Origin: Spirogloea muscicola | Taxonomy: Eukaryota | Reading direction: 5' to 3' | Length of the DNA stretch: 53,090 bases | Assembly (NCBI GenBank): GCA_009602725.1 | Contig: WELB01000010.1 | Span: 931,790-984,879, forward strand | Shown here: positions 27,601 through 37,355 of the stretch, piece after piece | How positions within the stretch are numbered: position 1 is the first letter of the stretch | How the letters are laid out: every line of letters starts with the position of its first letter | The notes under the pieces: generated by a model | What the model saw: the letters and a program-made list of their open reading frames with translations, nothing else | The model's database searches: none | Told to the model about the DNA's origin: nothing | Program-made: the position numbers and the translations under genes

Positions 27601-27887
27601 CCCTGTGCGACGCCATCTGCAACTTTGCGTCGCCAACTTTCCCGCTGAGCGCCGATGGCAGCTGCAACCCCTGCCAGGAGGGTTGTGCTGGCACCTGCTT
27701 TGGCCTCCCTGCGCCCTGGACCCCAGATTACTGCAACTGGTTTGGGTGCCGCTTCCCGCCGTTCCCGCCCATCACGTACTCGTGCAGCGACTACCTCATG
27801 GAATGTCAAGCGTGCTGCTGGGGCCTGGGCTACGGTTCGTTTGCATTCAACCTCTGCTTCCGAGCCTGCAGGTTGTGGAAATGCTAG
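24617..27887 (+). CDS. Multidomain papain-family (C1A) cysteine protease + 2 EGF-like + 5 LysM + Kazal-like + Cys-rich tail; 5' end lost in N-gap
   Basis: Exons ~24617-25298, 25636-26338, 26639-27393, 27516-27887 (GT-AG, phases compatible). C1A motifs [15 protein letters not shown] (Cys 24972), [23 protein letters not shown] (His 25726), [17 protein letters not shown] (Asn 25789). EGF-like CxNxPCGAGxC...YSCxC twice. LysM Y.V..GDTC..I....NP.L.C..L..GQ.LC. Kazal-like [14 protein letters not shown]. Confidence 0.88.
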
Positions 27888-29989
27888 GAACCAAACCCTT
27901 CCCTCTTCCCCTTCCCCTCCCCCACCCCCCCCGGTCCCCCAAGAAGCTCCAGATTACTTTCCTTCGTCAGCCAATTGTCGACGATGGCTACCAGCATCCT
28001 CCCCCTCGAAGGATGTCTCGATAGCGCATGCAGAGCACCACCCAGCCTGTGCTCCCCGAGATCTGCATCTGCACTGCATGGGTGCGACTGCATGAGCAGA
28101 CGACCTGGTAAACAGGGTTCCGATTGCCACCCATAAAGTGAGGCGCTTGGGGATTGGACCTGTGCGCTGGCTCGCTCCTGCTCCATTGGGCAGGAGCCAG
28201 TTCGCAGGTCTTACTTCCAAAGTTGCGAAGGAGTTGTTTGTATGACAAGGCCTTAGAGGTGCAGGCTTTGGCAGACAGACCTGAAAAGTATCAACTCATG
28301 CTATAGTGGCGGCCGTGGCCATGAAAGGGAGCTCCCAACTGCGCGGCTGCCTTTCATGGCTACGACTTGCCAGACGAGCCCAGTCTCCGGCTCTATGATT
28401 CTTTCCATAGCCTGCACCTTTGGATGCTGCTGTTCTCTGTGTAGGCAGAGCAAAAGATGGCCTCACTGGTGACTGCTCTTTCTTGCCATGTGCCAGGGGG
28501 GGTTCTGCACCTTGCATTTTAATCATCACTTATGCATGGATGAGCTCTTGATAATAGTTTGCCACAGCTACTATGACGCAGGTCGCATCAGCACGGTTCG
28601 CTCCTGCACCAACCTAGCCGAGCAGCGACCTAGGCACGACATAGGAATGAGAGTAGACCAGACCACTGCGTTTCTTGCTGAGTTGGAGGGCTTGCTTGTG
28701 TCTGGGAGTCTGTTGCAGCAGGAGATGGTCCAAGTTGCATTCCATTGGCCGTGAGCACTCCGGCTGTGGGCAAGATTGGGATACCCTGGTTGCCAGCTCA
28801 GGGAGTCGGGCGTGAAGGGGCAAACTGGGTGTAGGTCTCAAAGCTGAAAGTAGCAAATGCATCTGTGCGACAATGGTAAAGCTCAAGCCGAGACATACTG
28901 GCAGTGGAAAGCGGGTAGTTTGCCAGTGCAGGAACACTTAACAGCCTGGAAGGCGCCTGTGAGAAGAAGTGGCAACGTCGTGAATTGGCGGCCCAATGAC
29001 GAAGGCTACAGAATCTTTGGGATCGCAGCAAACTCCACACAGCCGCGACCGAGGCTTGCGGGCGCAAGTTGGCCCCGACGAGGACCTTCTAGACCTTGTA
29101 CATTCCTTCGGGATGGCCAGTCACCGCCTTCGCCCTCAATGGAAGAGTCACTCTTGGGGCTGGCCTCCCACAGCCATTGCCTGACACACGAAGAGCTAGG
29201 TCATACCCAAAGTGGGAGGTGGTGAGGCATGGCCAGCGCCGAAGCAGGGATGGACACGTGTTGGGCGACAGCCGGCAGCGGGGATTGAGGTGGGTGGCGG
29301 CGGCGGGGGAGCAGAAGTGCAGCTCTTCCAGAAAGAGAGGCTCTTCCAAACGGGGCGGGAAAAGCCAGCCCAGGAACGTTGGACAACGTCCGAAGTCCCG
29401 ATAGGCGCCAACCAGGAGAGGGCTCCGACCGCAGGAGCGGGCGATGGGGCATGGGGTGGCCCGCGCGAGATGCGGCGGGCGGGGCCTCCCGCGTGCGCCC
29501 TAGACCTGCGCCGCCGGGCCCCCCACCTACTCGCCGCCGTAAACGGGGGGTTATTGTGGGCTTGGCAACGAGCTCCCCGGCAGGAAGACGAAGAAGTAGA
29601 CGTCCGGGAAGACGTCGCTGGCGGCTGGCGGGCGATGCGCTGGGATCTGGCCACTATTTCGTTCATTCTTTTTTTGGGCTGGCTTTTCCAGCCCCTATCC
29701 TCAATGGGCGAGCCCTTTCTTCTTCTCTGAGGTCATTGAGCGCATCCACTCCTGTGGGCTGGCCTCTCACAGCCGCTGCTGTCAATTTGGAAACGCTGTT
29801 TTCTGTCTTACTGAGCCCCGCAATCGCAGGAGTCTTGATAAAAGATTCTCCCGAGTATAGAGGGCGATGGCTGTGATTGGCCACCCCCAGGAAATACAGT
29901 GGACAGTGTTCGAAGGGGCCAGAAAGCGCCCAAGCAAGCAGCGACTCAAGTGGCCACTGGGTGCTCAATATGCCCTATGGGAGAGTGAC

Positions 29990-30460
29990 TTGGTGCTTTT
30001 GCGCCTTCCGACCCTCTCTGACCTTCTACATTCTTTTAGGCTGGCTTCCCATAGCCATTGGGTAAGCCACTTCTCTCACAGCCATTGCCTACATTGGAAG
30101 AGCTGTTTTCTTTCTGAGCCGGCCTCGGGACCTCGCGCATGCCTTTGTTCATTTGTGCTTCTAGGCTGGCCAATCACAGCCATCGACCTCTAATGGAAGA
30201 GTCTCTCCTATTGTGGGCTGGTCTTCCGGCCCTTTCGGACCTTGTCCATCGATATTGGCGCTTTCGGCCCCTTACGGACCTTGTCATGCTTTTCGGGCTC
30301 GCCTGTTCACAGCCCTCGCCCCCTTTTGATATGCTTACATCTCCTGGCTGGCCTTCCACAGCCATCTCCTTTAGTTGGAGAAGCCTTTCTTGCTTTTCAC
30401 AGCCCTCGACCCCCTGTTGGAAAAGTTGCTCCTCCTTTTCGCAGCCATCGCACGAGCTGC
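29990..30460 (+). repeat. Head-to-tail string of ~8 variably truncated RLE 3'-end tails
   Basis: Recurrent units (ggaccttgtccattctt)..ggctggcctctcacagccattgcc..ggaagagc..ttct of ~35-90 nt, mutually diverged. Confidence 0.7.
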
Positions 30461-31130
30461 TTTCGTAAATTGTGAGCGAGACAAGGCGCGCGGTGTGCAT
30501 GGAATGGAGGAGGCCAAGTTAAGCCACTGCACTGTGCAGGCCAAAGCAAGTGCAGAGAAAGGGGCTACAAAAAGCTGAAGGGGGGCGAGGGACGATTGCG
30601 AAGCCCTAACTGGGACGCCGGCGGCCCGGCCTTGCGGCGACCGCGGCGGCGGCGGCGGCGGAGGCGGCGCGGAGCCGCCCTGCTGCTGCAAGCGAGCGCG
30701 ACGACAAGGCGCTGGTGGAGGCTCCTCTGCGGACCGCCACGGCGAGAATAGGCCGGCGGTGAGCCCCGCGGGCGCAACGAGGTTCGGGGCGTCTCCGGCC
30801 GCCTACTTCCCACACCACACCCCACGGCTGGGCGGGGGGTCGCGACAGGGGTTTCGCCCGGTGTTGCCCGCCTTTTTCGGGCAGGCCGCTGGAATCGCTT
30901 GAGATGTTTGCCCTGAGCGGAAGTGGCAGCCGGCGCCACTGGTGGGACCGCCGCAGGTCACGTTACCGGCGCCCGCCCCCCTCTGACCGCCCGTACCGCT
31001 TCCCGCCTTCTGCGCGATTCCTGCGGTCGGTGGCGCCAGTGAGCTTGCCGTTCAGTCCCCGGGAAGGCTTCCTGTTAGGATCAGCCGTCAAACTTCAGCT
31101 AAGAGTCCGAGTTTGGGCGGGGGTGAGTTG

Positions 31131-31730
31131 AAGAGAAGAAGCACTTCTACAAGGGGGCAGTGGCTGTGAAAACGGAAACTTACAATTCTTAAAGTAAGGC
31201 AAAGTGGAGAAGGAAAAGCTCAGTGCCGAGGATGTATGGATGTAAAAGGGGACTTGCAAAGCGAATACGAGATCGTCCTAAGGGGGCAATCACTGTGAAG
31301 GGTCAGCCCGACAAGTTTCAGGGAATTACACTTCTCAAAGGAAGAAGCAGCACTTCGAAAGGGGGTGAGGGCTATGAAAAGCCAGCCACAAGATGGTGAA
31401 CAAGGCTCATAGTCAGAAAGCGCGGGGGCCTTGAACAGACAGTTTCTCCAAGAGGGGCAATGACCGTGAGAAGCTCACCTAAAAGGGCGATAGCTCCTCA
31501 GGTAAGGCAATGGCTTTGAGAGGTCAGACGAATGAGCTGTTTAGGCACGGCAATAGCTGTGAGAGGCAAGCCCGAAAAGGATTGTTGGACAAGGTCCGAA
31601 AGGGCCAGAAGGGGCAAACAGATGAAATTACACTGTGAATTCTGTTAGAGCAAGCGCGGCCAGATTAACTGGTGGCTGGGAGAGGCCAGCCCAAAAGAAT
31701 GGACAAGGTCTGAAGGAGTCGGAGTGCTAA
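31131..31730 (-). repeat. Head-to-tail string of ~7 RLE 3'-end tails, opposite orientation to 29990-30460
   Basis: Recurrent + strand motif gaagaagcac..aagggggcaatggctgtgagaggccagccc(..ggacaaggtccgaaagggccag). Confidence 0.7.
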
Positions 31731-32007
31731 GGACTGATGGATGGTAAATGGATGCTAAATAGTTCATGGTCGACAGATGCGGATCGGAGTAATCTGAAGG
31801 CGGAGAAGGGTGGGTCGCCCTGTCGACACCCGGAGACAGCAGCCAAGACGCACGTCAGACCAAGGAGCGCTTGCAGGGAGAGAGCAAGGCGCATCCTGTA
31901 CATCTAAGCGAGCGACCCTGACGACGCGGAAGCGGGGCTGCTCGTTCTGCTGCCCTTGACGAAGGAAGGGACAAGGTCCATCGGAGTCGAAGCACAAAAC
32001 TCTCAGG

Positions 32008-32420
32008 GAAAGAGAGAAGGCGCGCGATGCGCATGAAATTGTAAGGGAGGCCAATTCTAGCCTTACAAATGTCCTGTTACGTGGGTAATGAGCTGGCTAA
32101 GGGGGACACTAAATATCCCCGAGTGAGCACATGCATATCTGATATGCTATACTGAGGCGCCAAACCACCACCACGGAAGCCATTAGCCTGGGCTAATGCA
32201 CGACCAGCACACTGGTGTATCGCGAGTGCCTGGGAGCGCTGTAGACTCAATGATAGCCGCATTCTTTAGCATGCAACGATGGCTTGCGGGACGCTAGAAT
32301 GCCCCAAGCTACCCGCCCGACTACGTCGGCGGGCATCGACATGCAGTGCCAGGCGATGGAGGAGGGAAGACCACTTCGTTCCATAGCCGCCGTAGATGTC
32401 CATGGCGCATTGGAGGATTT
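32008..32420 (-). mobile_element. 5'-truncated RLE remnant, subfamily C
   Basis: AMDIYGGYG.KWSSLLHRLA and MRLSLSLQRSQALAIH...SDMHVLTRGY. The 3' UTR is nearly identical to 52062-52160. Confidence 0.72.
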
Positions 32421-32489
32421 CAGGAAAGGAAACGACCCCAAGGGCTGGCCGCTCAAAGTCCCTAGTCAAGAAGCTCGCGTGGAATAAGA

Positions 32490-32870
32490 AACACTCTATG
32501 ATGGCAAGGCAATGGTTGTGAGAGGCCAGCCCTAAGAAATGAACAAGGTCTAGAAGAAGAAAGTGCTCGCCGTGAGAGAAAGGGGCCTAGCAAAGCCAGC
32601 CCAAAAAAGAATGGACAATGTCCAAAGCCAAAGAAAAAGGTGCCGAAAAGGGACAACACTACAAAACACTAATTAACAGGGCGGGAACAACTAGCAGCCC
32701 CAAAGAGGAGCTCATTTCCTCTTCTTTCGAGGTAGCAAGCTCTACCAGAGGAGGGAAGCTCTACCAAAGCCAGAAAGAGAAGCACTTTCACAGCGCGCTA
32801 TGGTTGTGGGAAGATACAACTCTCCCGATGGCTGTGAAAGGCCAGCCCAGAAAAGAATGGACAAGGGAGG
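32490..32870 (-). repeat. Cluster of RLE D-type 3' tails
   Basis: About four copies of ggctgtgagaggccagccc..gaatggacaagg-like units. Confidence 0.6.
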
Positions 32871-34295
32871 GAGTTGCCTTATTTTAAGCTGCGAACAACG
32901 TTGGCTTGAAGGTCCCGTTTTCGACGCTCCCACCCTCCTCCTATGCAGCCTTCGACATGGCCAAGGCCACCCTGAACCTGTGACTCTGCTGCCATCGCCC
33001 TAGGCAAGAAGTAGAAGAAAAAGTAAGGTGATTTATCCAGGCGAGCTTCTTCTTGACTGAGCCCCTCAACAGCGATGACCTTAATCCTGACCTTGGGCAT
33101 CCACTACGATCCAAGAGAGCAGGTGAGACAAGCTCAATCTTATTAATGTGGGGCCACCCGCTGCAGCAGCATTCTCTTCAGGCGACCCTTAAGCTTTTCA
33201 AGGATAAACTTTCAACTTTGGGAGAATACACGAAGTCTTGCTCGAATTCAAAGTTTCAAACCCGGGACTAGGACCTCCGCATCAAGGACCTTCGATGAAG
33301 TCAGCATCCTCAGGGGACCCTTCAGGCTCGTTATGATATTGTTATCAGTAATTTTGAGGATGTTCAGGGAATGTGGTGGATAGACAGGAGCTGATGGCTG
33401 TTATAAACAGCGGTGACCTATAAGCATATGGCATTGTTATGATTGCCTGACCTGCCTGCTTCAGATGAACTGGAGGAGAGAGAATGGACCCCCTCCAGTC
33501 GCTCAGGTCGTTTCTAGACTGCTTGTGGGTAATTAGCATGAGGAGATTATACGCTTGTAAGTTGTAGCTTCTCTGACTCCACAACTCTGATGAGTAGTGC
33601 AGTTAATAAGTTGAAGGCTGAGCCTCCTGCCGATTCCGTTTTGAAAGAAACTCAAAGACAGAAAACTTGCTGGAAAGTCAGAACGAGGACAAAACTCAGC
33701 CTTAAGGACCTTCCAAAGGAGGTTGGCATTCCAAGCCCTCAGTTTATCTCTATGAGCACAATCGTTACTATTGAGGATGGTGAATGTGTGGTGAATGATC
33801 TGGAGCTATTCAACATATCTGCTGTCATAAAGAGTCCTCAAAACCTGTCCGTAATCAACCACCATCTACTAGTGCTGCTTCTTCTCTTGCACAATGAACT
33901 CCCTCTGTCTGCCCCTTTCGACCCTTGTCCAACCTTTTGAGCTGGCCTCTCACACCTCTCGCCCCACTTGGAAGAGCTTACCTATCTGTAGGGACTTCGC
34001 AGGCCTTTCACAGCCGCCTCTTGATTGTCAGCAGCTGCGTTCTTCCCCTTGAAACCTTAGACATTGTGGGTGTACAACCCGGCGAAGGTCCACAAGCCTT
34101 GTTCGATGTAGTTGTGTCTGAGGCGTACAAGAGTTTAGCGTCGACCCCTCATTGCTAACCACGCAGTGGAGAGTGCAGAGCAGAGAAAGCTGCAGCACTA
34201 CTCTGAATATCCCTGAAGCAATCATTTCTACCGGCCAAAGTCGACACCTTTGATGCGGGTAGTGGCCCTAGCTGCAGCCTCTGGCCCTGGCCAGG

Positions 34296-35190
34296 AAAAT
34301 TCGTCTATTTGAAACAAACGAAGGCCGAATGGCCAGGTACAAAGGCAAGCACATCTGAAGACCTACATAAGCAGATTGACCCGCTCAGTAAGCACGGGTC
34401 AAAACGTCAAGGTCGATAGTCGATGCCTGAATACTAGATGTCAGATACGAAGCCCTTCTGCCACCAACTAGAGCTCGCCCAGCTTTCTGGTGCAAAGCAT
34501 TAGCCTGAGCACGCTGCAAACAGGCCGAAACTCGTCGTCCCAAGAACGACAGATATGCAGCTGGCAAGCCCATCTCAGCCGGAACACATCTGCACGTCGT
34601 GTGTAGCCTAGGTTGGCAATATTCTGAATGAGTGTGTGGAAACGAGGACCCAAATAGCCAAAGATGTCGACTGCCGCTGGCAGGAGCTGATCGCATTGGG
34701 GGTAATCGGAGTAATGCTGCAGCTTTCTTTGTTCTGCACCGCCCACTGCGTGGCCAGCGATGTGTGTCGATGCTGGACCTTTATGCGCCTCCGTAACAAC
34801 CATATCGACCAAGGCCCGTGGTCCTCCACCAGGTTGCACGCCCACAATGTCAAGTGTGCGGCAATGATGACGTCCCTGGGCGTCCGTGGTGATAGGCATG
34901 ATGTCGTTGACTTCCACGACCGCACGGAAGCCGGCGTCGCGCATCAAGCCCGCCAGGGCATCGCGGCCGAGGTTGTGGATGCCCACCACTTCTGGTCCGG
35001 TGGGCCATCTCAGCATGTGAGTCGAGCTCAGCACCCTCTGCACGGGAGCCGCACTCACACTGGCGCACCCCAATCAGGCAATTAGGTGGGAGGCCAAGGA
35101 AGAGCTGAAGCGACGCCCGAAAGGCCTCGGAGCTGATGCTGAAGGCGGTGGCGACGGCGTGTGAGGTAATCCAGTCGGTGCACCAGGTGT
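34296..35190 (-). mobile_element. Longest RLE non-LTR remnant in the window (subfamily B), zinc knuckle + endonuclease + 3' UTR, frameshifted
   Basis: WITSH...FRASLQLFLGLP..CECG...HMLR...IHNLGRDALAGLMRDAGF..VEV...RTLDIVG...LVDMVVT...RKLQHY...AVDIFGYLG...RRVSACLQRAQA...LTRAY*, spread across ORFs 34850-35242, 34468-35073 and 34385-34696. Confidence 0.82.
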
Positions 35191-36070
35191 GGCTAGAGAG
35201 AAGGCACGCGGAGCGCATGAGATGAAAGGGAGGCCACTTCAAGCCAATACATTGTCCAGGCAGAGTCTAGTGCACACTAAACAAGGCTACATAATACAGA
35301 GACCTGACTAAGGTGCTTGGACTAAGGTGCAAGGACCTAAACTAAGGCTAGAGAAGGAAGTCTTGCCAGGCTCCTTGGATTGTTCTGAATTTCTGGCAGC
35401 CTCCTCAACCTTTTGCGGCGCTCGTCTTCCACTGCCGTAACCAGTCTGGATTGTGCCCCTCTATCAGAAGCTTGGGCGAGGGGCAGAGAATGGCGTGAGT
35501 AGGGGTTGGAGAGAAGGCGCGCGGTGCGTATTATATTGTAACGGGCCAGACCCAGGGCGGACAGGGTACCCCGCAGGGTGCGACACCCGTCCGGTTCCGG
35601 GTATTTATGGGCATTGTCTATTACATCTTCCGGTAACCGCGGGCTACTGATTACCGGTTAGTCCTATCCCCCCGTTGTCGGGAGTACTTTGTCGAGTCTC
35701 CGACCTCCGTCGCGGCTCCGGCATACATCGCGTCTCAGGTCTCTGTCGCGTCTCCGGCGTACATCGCGCGTCCGCGTCACCGCCGCCGTCGCGTCTCGGG
35801 CCTCCGTCGCGTCTACGCGTTCCTCGCGTCTCCGTTGCGTCGCCAGGGTTCATCACCGTTCAGGAACCCCAGCTCCTCGGGGCCGCTCTCGCCCCCAGGG
35901 GACATCGCCCCTCAGGAGCCTCTGCTCCTCGACTCCGCCTCCGTCACCAGGGGTCATCGCCTTCGGCCCTCCGTCTCGTCTCTGCCGCCGCCAGGAGTCA
36001 TCGCCCTCCCGGGGTCATCGCCCCTCAGGAGCCCCAGCTCCTCGGACCATCGGAGGAAGGGCCCCTCAGG

Positions 36071-36651
36071 AAGAAAGAGAAGGGCTCGCCCATTGAGGAT
36101 AGGGGCTGGAAAAAGCCAGCCCAGAAAGTATGAACAAGGGACGAGAAGGGGCCAGGGGAAGTACGAAGAACAACAAGCACAAAAAAGAAACGAAGCAGCT
36201 ACGAAGCACTCAGTAACCCCTGCTAAGCAGCCTCAGGAAGAAAGGGCTCGCCCATTGAGGATAGGGGCTGGACAAGCCAGCCCAAATGAGAATGAACAAA
36301 GGACGAGAAGGGGCCAGGGGAAGTACGAAGAAGAACAAGCACAAAAAAGAAACGAAAGCAGCTACGAAGCACTCAGTAACCCCTGCTAGCAGCCTCAGGT
36401 CAGAGAGACTGGGTTCCTGGAAGCGGGTCCCCTGGCCAGAGCCAGAGGCAGCAGCGAGGGCTCTGCCTGCACGCAGGTGCAGCGCACGGGCCATAGACCT
36501 CTGCATCGAGACGGCCAAGCGCATGCGGTACACCTGCGCTAGCGACCCTGCTGCATGGGAGTCCACCGGCTCCCCATGGAAGCGGCGGACAATGGCGTGG
36601 CGTGAGAGCTGGTTGAGCAGCTCGAGCCACCGAGCGCCCAGCGCCCCGTCG
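36071..36651 (-). mobile_element. RLE subfamily D insertion with doubled 3' end, flanked by a ctcagg duplication
   Basis: ORF remnant LGARWLELLNQLSRHA...YRMRLAVSMQRSMARALHLRAGRALA...SDLRLL. The 3' unit is repeated at 36071-36237 and 36238-36399. ctcagg occurs at 36065-36070 and 36652-36657, and the host LTR resumes after it. Confidence 0.75.
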
Positions 36652-36899
36652 CTCAGGGACCTCAGCTCCTCGGGGCCGGCTCTCCGCCGCTTCCGTCGCT
36701 TCCATGGGGAGCCGGTGGACTCCCATGCAGCAGGGTCGCTAGCGCAGGTGTACCGCATGCGCTTGGCCGTCTCGCTGCAGAGGTCTATGGCCCGCGCGCT
36801 GCACCTGCGTGCAGGCAGAGCCCTCGCTGCTGCCTCTGGCTCTGGCCAGGGGACCCGCTTCCAGGAACCCAGTCTCTCTGACCTCAGACTGCTTAGCAG

Positions 36900-37170
36900 A
36901 AGAAGTGGCTCTCCCAATTGGGGCAAGGGCTGTGAGAAGCCAGCCCGAAAAGAATTGACAAGGTTCGAAGGGGCCAGACTACGAGCTAAGCAGCGACTAC
37001 GGGGCCTGAAGAGGCTATGGCAGAACGGGGGAGGATGGACCACTCAGTAGTTACGAGTGAGGAGCCTCAAATCCCCTCAAATCCGACAGACTAGCTGCCG
37101 GAAAACTATCCCCCTGACGAAAGCCGGAGGCCGCAGCGAGAGCACGGCCAGCACGCAGATGCAAGGCGTA
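36900..37170 (-). mobile_element. RLE subfamily E fragment with 8-bp TSD, nested in a plus-strand subfamily D fragment (36683-37193)
   Basis: YALHLRAGRALAAASGFRQG..AASLSDLR plus a D-like tail. cttagcag is duplicated at 36892-36899 and 37171-37178. A sister copy is at ~38385-38580(+). Confidence 0.75.
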
Positions 37171-37355
37171 CTTAGCAGGGGTTACTGAGTGCTCTCTCCT
37201 TGCCGCACCCCACCCTGCCCCCCCGGCTTGCCCGCCCGGGAAACAAAAACCCGAGACCTGCACCTCCAAGGTCCTCGTACCCGGCGTCTCCACCAAGGTA
37301 ACGGGCCAGACCCAGGGCGGACAGGGTATCATACCCCGCAGGACGCGACACCCGT

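Larger units (their letters stand above)
35537..37355 (-). mobile_element. Miniature non-coding LTR retrotransposon (TRIM-like), minus-strand copy; 3' LTR interrupted by nested RLE insertions
   Basis: Truncated 5' LTR ~37355-37297. PBS TGGTGGAGACGCCGGGTA at 37295-37278. G-rich PPT 37224-37208. 3' LTR starts TGCGGC (37207) and ends GTTACA (35537). LTR pieces are 37207-37195, 36690-36652 and 36070-35537, matching the reverse complement of 37536-38098. Confidence 0.62.

Noticed and set aside
28300..29080. Short ORFs downstream of the protease gene
   Set aside because: No homology recognised and no consistent splice model.
29990..31730. CRISPR-like repeat-spacer array
   Set aside because: Units vary in length and sequence, have no regular unique spacers, there are no cas genes, the context is eukaryotic, and the units match a retrotransposon 3' UTR.
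32880..33910. AT-richer block with short ORFs (possible decayed transposase or gene)
   Set aside because: No recognisable motif; multiple stops.
35300..35350. actaagg(tgc) short repeats as telomere-like seeds
   Set aside because: Only three irregular copies and not a TTTAGGG-type array.
36210..37050. Overlapping 277-aa and 254-aa ORFs on opposite strands as genes
   Set aside because: Artefact of the inverted duplication of TE coding sequence.
37275..37295. tRNA-Ala gene
   Set aside because: Only the 3'-terminal ~18-21 nt including CCA are present, which fits a PBS rather than a gene.
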